Source: an uncultured Bacteriovoracaceae bacterium (GTDB taxonomy: Bacteria; Bdellovibrionota; Bacteriovoracia; Bacteriovoracales; Bacteriovoracaceae). From it: 64,000 nt of DNA. Position 1 is the stretch's first letter; the number at the start of each line of letters is the position of its first letter. Under the pieces are notes generated by a model. It did not search any database. It was not told the origin of the DNA and saw only the letters and a list, made by a program, of their open reading frames with translations. This document shows, one piece after another, positions 10,205 through 20,111 of this stretch. The translations under genes were made by a program, and so were the position numbers. The DNA is taken from NCBI GenBank assembly GCA_964012805.1, contig CAXGUD010000015.1, forward strand, positions 23,419-87,418. Reading direction: 5' to 3'.

Positions 10205-10627
10205 TTAATTGAGGTTTTTATCAACTGCATCTAAGATTATTTTTTTGATGTCTTCTTTAGTACCATCAATAAAATTAGAGTCAACCCTTTTGGATATGAC
10301 ATCAAAAAAAACATGGCTGAATACCTGAAAAACACCTTGAGTATTACCCAATAGCTTCTCTTCTTCCTCAGATAAATCCGAAAACTCTAACTCTCCTTCA
10401 GAGGCATCAATTCCGTTAAAGAGTCCTTCCAATCCACTCCTTATCGCATCTTCAGTTGATAAGTTTCCACAACGAACTCTATAACTTGATATTTCCATCA
10501 TAAACTTCAAGACATTTTTACGGGCCTGATTTTCATCACCATAAACCCCCTTATCTATATCACTATTTAATTCCCCAAATAAGCTTATTATGTGATCCTT
10601 AAGACGGGCCTTTTCCTTTTTAAACAT
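10205..10627 (-). CDS. Hypothetical protein
   Basis: 140 aa ORF with purine-rich RBS. Confidence 0.6.
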   Translation of the reverse strand: MFKKEKARLKDHIISLFGELNSDIDKGVYGDENQARKNVLKFMMEISSYRVRCGNLSTEDAIRSGLEGLFNGIDASEGELEFSDLSEEEEKLLGNTQGVFQVFSHVFFDVISKRVDSNFIDGTKEDIKKIILDAVDKNLN

Positions 10628-10912
10628 CTCTTTTTCCTTTTATGTCTATTTGGTCATTGATTAAACATTCGGTAAAAAAACTAAAACCTGTAATTAAATA
10701 GGGCTTTTATAACTAGGAAAATAAACTTACTTTAGACAAGAGTTATCAATTCTTCCTCCCTTTTATTTTCAATTTACCATTAAATATGTAAGTAACTGTT
10801 TTTACTCTTTTTAAATCTTTACTCCTTTTTCTCCTTGGAATAAAAGAAAATCAATTTTGTTAAATTGATAAAATGAAAGTAAATAAAGTTAAGAGAAGCT
10901 TAGGGGTTACAA

Positions 10913-11116
10913 ATGGATTTCATTAAAGTAAAGGGTCAAAGTACTAATCTAAGAGATGCTCTCTATCTTTTTGATGTTGGCGAATTAACTGAAAAAGAAA
11001 CATACAGTATGTTTCAAGATATTATCAATAAGGGTCTAGTTGAAAACTTACCTCTTCCCTTTCAAAATGCAGCAAGCGTTTTTATTCAATGTGGAATATG
11101 CAAAAAAGCTCTTTAA
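10913..11116 (+). CDS. Small hypothetical protein
   Basis: 67 aa ORF with AGGGG RBS in an otherwise intergenic gap. Confidence 0.55.
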   Translation: MDFIKVKGQSTNLRDALYLFDVGELTEKETYSMFQDIINKGLVENLPLPFQNAASVFIQCGICKKAL

Positions 11117-11142
11117 CCAATTAACTAAGAATAAAAAGCTTT

Positions 11143-11418
11143 TTAATTTCTATTTTTATTTTTAAGACCTCTGCTATTTAAATTATAACTTGCGGTCCTT
11201 TGGACAAGCTCTGAATGGTCTTTTTTTAACTCCATCAAAATAACTTCCGGCGTATTACGGTTTATTCCTACCAAGGCCCTTACTTTTTCCGATGAATCAA
11301 AGGCCAATTTTAAAAGAGTTTCTGCCGAAGTATCACTATCTAAGGCCATAGTTTCTTTTTCTCTGTCAGTGAGAACAACCTTTTCTCTTTGGTATAAAGT
11401 CGATTCTTTAGTCATCAC
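11143..11418 (-). CDS. Small LRV/HEAT-like repeat protein
   Basis: TSAETLLKLAFDSSEKVRALVGINRNTPEVILMELKKD..ELVQ repeat pattern. Confidence 0.6.
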   Translation of the reverse strand: MMTKESTLYQREKVVLTDREKETMALDSDTSAETLLKLAFDSSEKVRALVGINRNTPEVILMELKKDHSELVQRTASYNLNSRGLKNKNRN

Positions 11419-11458
11419 ATTTTCCTTTAGAGTTTAAATTTATATAGGAATGAGAACT

Positions 11459-11485
11459 ATATCGGACTTCTTCATTCGACCTTTA
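11459..11485 (-). promoter_or_regulatory. Putative sigma28 (FliA) promoter
   Basis: Minus strand TAAA-N15-TCCGATAT upstream of 11418. Confidence 0.6.
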
Positions 11486-11556
11486 TTCAAATTAAGTGAC
11501 CATTTAAATTTCTTATGATTAAAAGAATTTTAAAGGAAAAATATTTAGACTTTTAG

Positions 11557-13947
11557 CTAGGGACCATACCAGATAGGAGAGCTCCAGGCCCTTTCGTAGA
11601 TAAAGGGAGTATAAGTTCCGAATTGAGTTTTTTCCCATACCTTTGGGTTTTTATGGGCCACATTAATATGACGGCAGCAACCTCTAAACCCTTTAGGAAT
11701 TTTCTTCTGGAGTCTTCTTTTGGAGCATGATTTTAAAAAGTAATCTGTAGGAGTTAGTTTCGGATGACTATTTTTGACGTATCCAACGCATTGATGCCAA
11801 GACCATCTGCAAACAGGTTTTTCAATAACCCTTGCATAATAGAAGGCCCTTTCCTTTGGATTAAAATCTGGGTCTTTCCAAAAGCCACATAGTTCACTAT
11901 GGCCTTTTTGAACCTCTTCACAGCTATTTAAGTTATACCTTTCATTCTTCTTGCCAACTCCAGAAATATCGTAGACTTTTTCGTGGGTTTTACCTGACTC
12001 ATCAACCCAGCCCTTTATAACTTGAATGACTTTTAGAGGTGTGCTTTTTTCTCTCAAATCCTCTCGAAGCTCTCCTGCATTCTCCTGCTCTTCAGGACTA
12101 AACCCTGGATCCTTTAGTGCCGCTAATAAGAAAGTTGGGGACCTCTTAACTCTCCCTTTTAACGGTGGAAGGTCACTTCCCATTGGAACTCCTTTCTCGT
12201 AACCCACACGGACGAAATCACCTCCATTTAGGGCCACTTGGTTTGGAGAAAACTTAACATTCTCACAGAGCTTACTGGCCTCTTTTCTTGTAAAGCCCCA
12301 TCCTCCAAAAAAGCGTAAGGCGATTCTAGTCCCACTTGTTCCATATGTTTCCTTTCTTCTTAAAGCATCAAAAATATAATCCCTAGAGTTTTCCTCACTC
12401 CAAACAACGGCTAACCCTCCTGGACCATAAGACATAAAGTCAGCTAAACCTTTTTGCTGAGTCTCGATAGGAAATCCATCTTGGGCCATTTTTATAGAAG
12501 CTTTTCCCTTGTCCTGATTGGAAGCTCCAGCTCCTCCATGCCCCTTAAAGTTTATTTCATTTGTGGCACCCGGAGCACCTATATGGGTGTCTGTACTCCC
12601 AATGAAACCGTATTTAAAGGGATTTACTTCAAGTTTATCTTTTAATTGAAGGCCTCTTTTTAAGGCATCTCTTATAAAGTTTGATTTCTTTGGATAGGTT
12701 GAGTACCAAGAAAATAGGAAAGGTACATCTCCCAACAACCATTTTTCAAACATATTTTCTTTATCAGCAGTCAAATTATTGTAAGGCATTTTTTCAAACT
12801 GACAAAATTCATCAGGGTTGTTCACTACGGGCTTTTGGCGGAACATTGATCCCGCTTTGTAATAATGGCATTCTGAATCACCTTTATGCTGGAATACTTC
12901 AATTAAGGGTTCCAATCGTGCCCTTTTTAGGGCGTACTTTTTAGTGAAGTCTTTTTGATTTTCGCCTTCTTTATTAAAAAAATTCCTCACTTTTCTTTCA
13001 AACATTCTGGCATTGCTCATATTTGAATTATGGGGAATCGCCAAAACATCACAGCCCTCCCCTTCTTTATTTTTGAGCTTTTTATTTTCGATGCAATTTT
13101 TAATCAACTCATCCCATAAAGCTTCTGGATGCTTGGCATCCATCGCTGAAACAGGTGAACTCGGAACACGATTATTTCTAAAAAGGACATTCCGGTGTAA
13201 ATTCCAAGAAAGTGGTGAAAGAGTATACTCGTAACCAATAAAAGAGGTAAAATTACAATCTTCAGTTTTATCATATACAGACTCAGCTGAATCAATAACT
13301 TCCTTCCAACCAACCTTCGCCCCTTTCTTACAATATTTTGCATTTTTACCGCAAAATTTACCTCTTTTAAGAGGTTTATCATCGTGAGTGTATTGTCTCA
13401 CTCTAGCTCCGCCCAAGTATTTCTCAATAAGATTCATTCCTTTATGAGAAAAGTTTTTTCGCAATTTTTTACAGGTCTTTGATTTATAACCTTTAGACTC
13501 AAAATCGACTTCACCACAAACACGAAGCTCACCAAAAAATTCCGCATGATCGGAAACCATAGCAAAATCAAGAGGCCTACCAAGTTGAATACTGCGGGTA
13601 GGTTTTGCTTCGAACGTTGGGGCTTTACTAGAAGTTTCTCCTGTTTTTAAAAATGTATTCTTTATATTTATTTTTCCTTCCTCAGAGATTGGAATCCAAG
13701 GATGCAGAGAAATTCTTTTACCTAAGGCAAATTGATAGGCTTGATAAGGTGTTGTTCGAGCGTCTTGAGTAGCTGCATCTAGAGACCTAGAAGTGTGTAC
13801 ATGTACATCACCAAACAAGGCCCTTTTAAGTGGGTTATAAGAACGGCACTCCTCTCTTTCCTCAGTGTATTTTAGCCGCCTAGAATCTGATGCCATTCCA
13901 TCATTTAGATTATAAATAAGTAAAACAAATAAAAGCAAGGCTTGCAA
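11557..13947 (-). CDS. DUF3604 family exported protein (PHP-like metal sites)
   Basis: FGDVHVHT..SLDA, LDFAMVSDHAE, NLHRNV.FR, IPHNSNMS, QHKGDSE, FIGSTDTH, ETYGTSGTRI, ERAWSSPIWY. Confidence 0.9.
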   Translation of the reverse strand: MQALLLFVLLIYNLNDGMASDSRRLKYTEEREECRSYNPLKRALFGDVHVHTSRSLDAATQDARTTPYQAYQFALGKRISLHPWIPISEEGKINIKNTFLKTGETSSKAPTFEAKPTRSIQLGRPLDFAMVSDHAEFFGELRVCGEVDFESKGYKSKTCKKLRKNFSHKGMNLIEKYLGGARVRQYTHDDKPLKRGKFCGKNAKYCKKGAKVGWKEVIDSAESVYDKTEDCNFTSFIGYEYTLSPLSWNLHRNVLFRNNRVPSSPVSAMDAKHPEALWDELIKNCIENKKLKNKEGEGCDVLAIPHNSNMSNARMFERKVRNFFNKEGENQKDFTKKYALKRARLEPLIEVFQHKGDSECHYYKAGSMFRQKPVVNNPDEFCQFEKMPYNNLTADKENMFEKWLLGDVPFLFSWYSTYPKKSNFIRDALKRGLQLKDKLEVNPFKYGFIGSTDTHIGAPGATNEINFKGHGGAGASNQDKGKASIKMAQDGFPIETQQKGLADFMSYGPGGLAVVWSEENSRDYIFDALRRKETYGTSGTRIALRFFGGWGFTRKEASKLCENVKFSPNQVALNGGDFVRVGYEKGVPMGSDLPPLKGRVKRSPTFLLAALKDPGFSPEEQENAGELREDLREKSTPLKVIQVIKGWVDESGKTHEKVYDISGVGKKNERYNLNSCEEVQKGHSELCGFWKDPDFNPKERAFYYARVIEKPVCRWSWHQCVGYVKNSHPKLTPTDYFLKSCSKRRLQKKIPKGFRGCCRHINVAHKNPKVWEKTQFGTYTPFIYERAWSSPIWYGP

Positions 13948-14062
13948 AAAATCCTCCTGTTCAAAAAAATTTATCGGAAGCCTTGAGGAATAAATTTACC
14001 AAGTATAGCAACCTTTTTTAAAAATAAAACTTATCGATTTTCTAGATTAGGATAAAGATATC

Positions 14063-14102
14063 ATTTATTATTTATTATTTATTATTTATTATTTATTATT
14101 TA
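14063..14102. repeat. Heptamer microsatellite (ATTTATT)x5 plus partial copy
   Basis: Read directly; overlaps the stop codon of 14096..14584. Confidence 0.85.
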
Positions 14103-14584
14103 AAGAAATTATAGACGCTTTTGGCAAATTTTTCTCTGCAACTCACCATTTTGTCATAGTACTTATAAATTGTTTGGGTATGCAAATGCTTATACCTTTT
14201 TTTCCTATCAAAATATAAAATATCATTTTTACCAAGTTCTTTCACAAGGTCTAAATACTTTTTGTCGTCCATACAGGACTTGAATGCTTTATTTGCACAA
14301 TCTTCAACATTGAAAATACTTTTTGGAAGACCATCTTTTTTTAACATAGGATAAAGTTGTTTAAAGTTAGGCTCATAAAGAAATTCCTTCAAATAATAGG
14401 TACATTTATTCCGTGCCTTAAAACTTGATTCCTTGCTACTACTACTTAAATTCTTCGCCCACTGCCCTGGATTTTTTTTCCAATAATTTTTTACTCTTTT
14501 ATAAAGGGCATCTATATATTTTTTATCACTATCTCCGTGGGCCGTTGATACAAAGAATAAAGGCAAAAGTATAATTAGTTTCAT
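14096..14584 (-). CDS. Hypothetical exported protein with four Cys
   Basis: Signal peptide MKLIILLPLFFVSTAHG; GGAG RBS. Confidence 0.7.
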   Translation of the reverse strand: MKLIILLPLFFVSTAHGDSDKKYIDALYKRVKNYWKKNPGQWAKNLSSSSKESSFKARNKCTYYLKEFLYEPNFKQLYPMLKKDGLPKSIFNVEDCANKAFKSCMDDKKYLDLVKELGKNDILYFDRKKRYKHLHTQTIYKYYDKMVSCREKFAKSVYNFFK

Positions 14585-14706
14585 TTTTTGACTCCACGAT
14601 TTTTTATAAATTAATCTTATAATAAAGCTTTAAAGCGGACGTTTTTTATTTTCGACCAAAATTTAAAAAAACTAATATTTTATGATGATTATTTTTACCA
14701 TTAAGG

Positions 14707-14726
14707 CAACTACTCTAAAGTAGTTG
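14707..14726. promoter_or_regulatory. Perfect inverted repeat, possible operator
   Basis: CAACTACT-CTAA-AGTAGTTG in a divergent intergenic region. Confidence 0.4.
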
Positions 14727-14839
14727 AAACTATTCAGAAAATAGTATCTAATTTTTGCGACAAATTTAAAGACAAAGAAAATAAAATCAACATAATATAT
14801 TGCACATAAATACCTGCTTTCAAAATCATAGGTTTTCTT

Positions 14840-15757
14840 ATGCAGCTTCACAAAATAATAGTAATTCTTAGCTTTCTTTTCCTGGGTTTATTTCTAAAAA
14901 GTCTAATTCAACGGGAGACATTAAAAACAAAAACTTCTTTAATCCTCAATAACATTATTATTTACATTTGCCTGCCCGCACTTATTTTTAAAATAATACC
15001 TACTCTTGAAGTTAAAGAGGATTCCTGGGTTTATCCACTCTCTCATTGGTTTTCCCTTTTAGTCTTAGCAGTTTTGACGTACATCGTTTCAAAGGCCTGC
15101 AAACTAGAAAGAAAAACAATAGGTTGTCTTCTTATACTCGTCCCCCTTGGAAATACTTCATTTTTGGGTTACCCGATGGTTGAAGTTTTCTTTGGAAGTA
15201 AGGCACTTCCCTACGCTATTTTATATGACCAAATGGGCTCTTTTCTCGCTCTGGCACTTTATTCTCCACTTATTTTGTTTATCTATGGCCAAGAAAAAAG
15301 TCCTTCCTTAGTTAAGCTCGTAAAAAAAATCGGTGGCTTCCTTCCCCTTTTGGCCCTTTTAGCTTCCATACTCTTTAAGGATTTTTTTTTAAAAGAGAGA
15401 ATTCAAAAAATAGTTTCACTCCTATCATATGGGGTCATTCCTCTCGCAATGACAGCTTTAGGCCTTCAATTAAAAAAACCTTCAAAAGGTTTAGGAATTC
15501 CTTTAATTATAGGTCTGTCTTTTAAAATGATTCTTTCGCCTATTATAACTTTTTTCTTTTTTAAAATATTAGGAGGATTTAATACTCCTGAAAAAGTTGT
15601 CATTTTTCAATCGGCCATGCCTCCTATGATTACAGCAGGGATTTTGGCAAGTGAAAAGGGCCTTCAAAAAAGCTTGTGCTTAAACCTAATTTCTGTCGGA
15701 CTTCTTTTTTCCTTTATTGTCCTTCCCGTCTGCTACTGTCTGTTACAGCTATTCTAA
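14840..15757 (+). CDS. AEC (auxin efflux carrier) family transporter
   Basis: About 10 TM segments; LPALIF, GNTSFLGYP, PLAM.ALG, K.IL.P, SAMPP motifs. Confidence 0.85.
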   Translation: MQLHKIIVILSFLFLGLFLKSLIQRETLKTKTSLILNNIIIYICLPALIFKIIPTLEVKEDSWVYPLSHWFSLLVLAVLTYIVSKACKLERKTIGCLLILVPLGNTSFLGYPMVEVFFGSKALPYAILYDQMGSFLALALYSPLILFIYGQEKSPSLVKLVKKIGGFLPLLALLASILFKDFFLKERIQKIVSLLSYGVIPLAMTALGLQLKKPSKGLGIPLIIGLSFKMILSPIITFFFFKILGGFNTPEKVVIFQSAMPPMITAGILASEKGLQKSLCLNLISVGLLFSFIVLPVCYCLLQLF

Positions 15758-15823
15758 AGGACATCAGTCTTTATAAAATTGGTAAGTCAATTTCTTGAGA
15801 GTTATCTTAGAAGACCTTGTCCC

Positions 15824-17869
15824 CTATGAAGAGGACAAGGTTTTATTAAATATTTTAAGAATAAAAGTATATTGAAGGCTTATTTCTTTAAGGGCCTCAT
15901 ACCGCCCGCTGGCCCCAGCGTGTCCTCCGTCTAAGTTCGTATACAATAGGCTATCTCTGTCATCTGTACGAAGCTTTCTTAAACGTGAAACGAATTTCAT
16001 TGGCTCCCAATATGTCACTCGTGGGTCATTTAGGCCTGCCGTCAAAAGGACGTGAGGATAACTTCTTTTTTTAATATTGTCATAGGGTGAGTAAGACTTA
16101 ATATAGTCATAGTATTCTTTATCTTCAGGATTCCCCCACTCTTCATATTCCATTTGTGTTAAAGGCAAACTTTTATCAAGCATGGTTGTTACTACATCCA
16201 CAAATGGAACATCTCCTATAACTCCTTTATAAAGCTCAGGGCAAAGATTCATAGTTGCACATACGAGAAGCCCTCCAGCACTTCCTCCACTCAAACAAAT
16301 TTCTCCTTTCTTTGTCATACCCTTCTCTATCAGGCACTCTGCAGCTGCTTGGAAATCGTAAAAGGAGTTCTTTTTATTGAAGAATTTACCATCGAGGTAC
16401 CAAGGCCTTCCCAAGGTTGCACTTCCTCTTACATGAGCGATAGCATAAACGAAACCTCTTTCAACTAACGGAAGAATTTCATCGTCAAAAGAAGGATCAA
16501 TATTTACACCATAAGCACCATAACCATAAAGAACTAGCGGACTTGGCCCATTATTTCCCTTCTTTTTTAAAATGGAAATAGGTATGACCTTTCCATCGTA
16601 AGATTTGGCCCAAAGCCTTTGGCACTCAAACTGATCTGAATTAAATTGGGGTATTTTTTTTACTTTTAAAACATTCGTTTTCTTCGTGTTGATTTCATAC
16701 TCTAGCGTTTGAGGCACTGTTTTTAAAGAAGAGTATTTATAGCGCACAGTCTGAGCCGCCCATTCATAATTCTCAGAAAGGTGAGCACTATAGACCTCAT
16801 CAGGAAATTCAAGGGAATGAAAAAGCTCTCCATTATAGCGGTAAAAATTAATTTGATTTAAGCCTTTCACTTTTGCTTCAATAACAAAAAAATCTTTAAA
16901 AAAAGTTCCTTCATCAAGAAAACAATCATCACTTGAATTGATCAACTCCTTTACGTTCTTTAAACTGGTATCGCCTACTGCGAAAGAAATCAGACGAAAG
17001 TTAGGGTGGGTATCATTAATGAGCATATAGAATTGGCCATCTTTATGCTCAGGAAAATATTCAACACCTCTTTTTTTAGGAAGGATGACTTGAGGTTCTT
17101 TTAGAATGTCATCGGAAGGTACATACATTGTTTCATTTGTTACTGAACCATAGGAAGATAAGAAGAGATAATTTTGGTCACTACTTGTCTCTACGCCAGC
17201 AAAATATTCTGCATTTTCAACTTCATAAATTTTCCGCGGTTCTTCCTCTTTGCTCTGTCCCAAACTATACTGCATAACTGCATAAGGCCTTTGGCTATCA
17301 TCTAGTATTGTATAAAGGACCGTCTTATTATCTTTATACCAAGATAGACCAGTATAAGCATTTTCAAGACTATCTTGAAGGAGTTCACCTGTTTTTAGAT
17401 TTTTAAAAAAGAAAGTATAAACTTCTGACCCATCTGTATCGCAAGAATAGGCCATCAAATCATCATTGGGGGAAACTTCCAAACTTCCAAGAGAAAAATA
17501 CTCCTTTCCTTCGGCCAATTCATTTTCATCTAAAATGATGATTTCATCTCCATCTTTTCCCTTTTTTCTACAATGAATGGCATACTCTTTATTTTGTTCA
17601 AAACGTACGTAATAGTAATAAACACCATCTTTAGCTGGAACACTCGACTCATTGGGTATTTTTCTTCCTTTCAGCTCTCGATAAAGCTCTTCTTTCACTT
17701 TAGAATCCAAAGCCTTAGAGACAAAGTCATTTTCCTTTTTAAGATGCTCCATAACATCTTTATCTTCCGGGTGGTTTTTCATCCAAAAAAATTCATCAAC
17801 CCTTTTATCACCATGAATCTCTAACTTTTCTTCTATTTCTTTGGCCTTTGGTCCTTTCATATTTGACAC
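15824..17869 (-). CDS. ptrB: Oligopeptidase B (peptidase S9A)
   Basis: HGD.R.D.F.W start, LYGYGAYG, GGSAGG nucleophile, DPRVTYWEPMKFV, GGHAGASGRY. Confidence 0.92.
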   Translation of the reverse strand: MSNMKGPKAKEIEEKLEIHGDKRVDEFFWMKNHPEDKDVMEHLKKENDFVSKALDSKVKEELYRELKGRKIPNESSVPAKDGVYYYYVRFEQNKEYAIHCRKKGKDGDEIIILDENELAEGKEYFSLGSLEVSPNDDLMAYSCDTDGSEVYTFFFKNLKTGELLQDSLENAYTGLSWYKDNKTVLYTILDDSQRPYAVMQYSLGQSKEEEPRKIYEVENAEYFAGVETSSDQNYLFLSSYGSVTNETMYVPSDDILKEPQVILPKKRGVEYFPEHKDGQFYMLINDTHPNFRLISFAVGDTSLKNVKELINSSDDCFLDEGTFFKDFFVIEAKVKGLNQINFYRYNGELFHSLEFPDEVYSAHLSENYEWAAQTVRYKYSSLKTVPQTLEYEINTKKTNVLKVKKIPQFNSDQFECQRLWAKSYDGKVIPISILKKKGNNGPSPLVLYGYGAYGVNIDPSFDDEILPLVERGFVYAIAHVRGSATLGRPWYLDGKFFNKKNSFYDFQAAAECLIEKGMTKKGEICLSGGSAGGLLVCATMNLCPELYKGVIGDVPFVDVVTTMLDKSLPLTQMEYEEWGNPEDKEYYDYIKSYSPYDNIKKRSYPHVLLTAGLNDPRVTYWEPMKFVSRLRKLRTDDRDSLLYTNLDGGHAGASGRYEALKEISLQYTFILKIFNKTLSSS

Positions 17870-17871
17870 CT

Positions 17872-18189
17872 TTAAATTCCTGGAAAGGAGTTTACATATT
17901 TTATTTTTATATCTGGAAAAGAATTCACGAATTTAACAGTGAAATCTGGAAAACTTTCAACAAAAACCCACTCTCCACAGCTATTAGCAAAAGAGTTAAC
18001 TTTTTTTACCTTGAGGTCCGGAAAAGAGTTGACCTCTTCCACTAAAATATCAGGAAAAGAGTTAACAACCTTTACCTTTCCAAACAGTGGAATCCCCTTC
18101 CAGGTACAACCACTATCGACTTCCGCCTTTACGGTTATGCAAAAACTAACACATAAAAGAATAAGAGGGACCCACAAACTTCTTTTCAT
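17872..18189 (-). CDS. Small exported protein with ~11-residue VxxVNSFPD repeats
   Basis: ATG at 18189 with AAGGAG RBS (ORF track starts at 18210); signal peptide; six repeats. Confidence 0.8.
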   Translation of the reverse strand: MKRSLWVPLILLCVSFCITVKAEVDSGCTWKGIPLFGKVKVVNSFPDILVEEVNSFPDLKVKKVNSFANSCGEWVFVESFPDFTVKFVNSFPDIKIKYVNSFPGI

Positions 18190-18253
18190 CGGATGCTCCT
18201 TATGATTCAAAGAGTGAACCGTAACACAAGTTTAAGAGAAAGAGGAGACCCTT

Positions 18254-19549
18254 ATGGATGTCATCGAAAATGGACTCCCCGGGTTATTAGGAGACGGAGA
18301 GGAAGTAGACCAGTCAAAGCCGAATATAGGAGAAAATCTAGGACCGTTGGCACATAGAATGAGACCTCGAAAGCTTGAAGACTTTGAAGGGTCCACTAAC
18401 TTAATCGCGAAATACCCGATTCTAAAAGGAAACCCCTTACATAGTCTAATCCTATGGGGACCACCTGGTTGTGGAAAAACCACACTGGCGGAGGTACTTG
18501 CCTTAGAAAAAGAAATTCCTTTTTTCAAATTTAACGCAGTCCTAGGAGGGTTGGCCGAGCTTAGAAAGGTCATTGAAAAAGGTAAAAAGGCTTCTCTTGA
18601 AGGGAATTCACCCTGGATTCTCTTTATTGACGAAATTCACCGTTTTAATAAGGCCCAGCAAGATGCCCTCCTCCCTTTTGTTGAAACGGGTTCATTTATA
18701 CTAGTAGGTGCCACCACTGAAAGTCCTTATACGGCCATAAATAAAGCTCTTTTAAGCCGAGTTCAAACGATAAAACTACCAAAACTTTCAGAAGACTCTA
18801 TATTATCTCTTCTGGAAAAGGCCTTAAAAAAAGAAGGAAGAAAAGCATCTCAAAAAATTCTTCAGGCTTTTTCACATCTGTGTGATGGCGATAGCAGAAA
18901 AGCGCTCAGTTACCTTGAAAATGCTTTTCACTCGCCTATCATTAACAAGGAAAGCCCTACCAAAAAGGAAATCCAAACACTTACTCTAGGGGCACACAGA
19001 ACCTTTGATCGGGATGGAGATAGACATTATGATGTCATTTCAGCTTTTATTAAAAGTATGCGTGGCTCAGACCCTCACTCTGCGACTCTTTGGCTCGCGG
19101 TAATGATTGAAGGAGGAGAAGATCCTCAATTTATTGCTAGAAGGCTTGTTATTTTCGCTTCCGAAGATATTGGAAATGCAGACCCAAGGGCCCTTACTTT
19201 GGCGACAAGTTGCCTCCAAGCAGTCCAATCAATAGGAATGCCTGAATCAAGGATTATCCTATCACAAACAACAAATTATCTAGCTTCGACAGTAAAAAGT
19301 AATGCTTCTTACAAAGCAATTAATGATGCTATTGAATTTGTTAAAGAAAGGCCTACAATTGAAGTCCCACCACACCTTAAAAATAAAGGTCCTCAAAAAA
19401 AAGAGTATAAATACCCTCATAATTACCCTGAAGGACACATCCCGCAGGAATACTCTTCACATAATACACCTCTTTTCTATAAACCTTTTCCAAGAGGGCA
19501 AGAAGCCTTCCTTCTAGAAAGGCTTAAAAAGCTAGGTCTTTTAAAATGA
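18254..19549 (+). CDS. rarA: Replication-associated recombination protein A (RarA/MgsA AAA+ ATPase)
   Basis: PLAHRMRP, GPPGCGKTT, DEIHRFNKAQQDALLP, HYDVISAFIKSMRGSD, ASEDIGNADP. Confidence 0.95.
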   Translation: MDVIENGLPGLLGDGEEVDQSKPNIGENLGPLAHRMRPRKLEDFEGSTNLIAKYPILKGNPLHSLILWGPPGCGKTTLAEVLALEKEIPFFKFNAVLGGLAELRKVIEKGKKASLEGNSPWILFIDEIHRFNKAQQDALLPFVETGSFILVGATTESPYTAINKALLSRVQTIKLPKLSEDSILSLLEKALKKEGRKASQKILQAFSHLCDGDSRKALSYLENAFHSPIINKESPTKKEIQTLTLGAHRTFDRDGDRHYDVISAFIKSMRGSDPHSATLWLAVMIEGGEDPQFIARRLVIFASEDIGNADPRALTLATSCLQAVQSIGMPESRIILSQTTNYLASTVKSNASYKAINDAIEFVKERPTIEVPPHLKNKGPQKKEYKYPHNYPEGHIPQEYSSHNTPLFYKPFPRGQEAFLLERLKKLGLLK

Positions 19550-19566
19550 GATTTATTTAGGGAATA

Positions 19567-19926
19567 CTAGGTCAGAAGGGTCTCTATAACTTTGAGAAAC
19601 CGAAGCTCTGAGATAGGCTTAACGAGCCAGAATGAAACTCCACACTCCTTACCTTGCTTTTTTAATTGAGGATCAAATTCAGTTGTACACATCATTATAG
19701 GAGGGCACTCATAACCGAGTCCTTCTTCTTTTATTTTTTTAAGCATTGAAAGTCCATCAAGGCGAGGCATGTTAAGGTCTGTAATGACAAGATCAACTTT
19801 GTTTTCTCTTAATTTTTCAAGTCCCTCTTGACCGTCCACTGCAGAAGTCACTTCATACTCATCTGAAAGAAGGTTTTCTAGCTTTCTTCTGAAGTCCTGG
19901 CTATCCTCGATTATCATGACCTTCAT
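19567..19926 (-). CDS. Single-domain response regulator (CheY-like)
   Basis: IIEDS, ITDLNMP.LDG, T, W.VKP receiver motifs. Confidence 0.9.
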   Translation of the reverse strand: MKVMIIEDSQDFRRKLENLLSDEYEVTSAVDGQEGLEKLRENKVDLVITDLNMPRLDGLSMLKKIKEEGLGYECPPIMMCTTEFDPQLKKQGKECGVSFWLVKPISELRFLKVIETLLT

Positions 19927-20111
19927 AATTCATCACTCCTTAAATACCAGACAAGAAACAGTTTCTATGCCCTATAGTGAATTGTGCATCATAAATTTCT
20001 AAACACCCTTACAAATTCCATCGGTCTTTCTTTTAAAAAGGTTTAAATTTATTAAAAACAGGATATTAGGCACCTAATCTTAAGATAAAAGACAAAAAAT
20101 AATGGAAAAAA

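Noticed and set aside
17878..18075. 33-bp periodic GGAAAAGAGTT-like repeats resembling a mini CRISPR array
   Set aside because: They vary at synonymous positions and encode the VNSFPD protein repeats; no cas genes are present.
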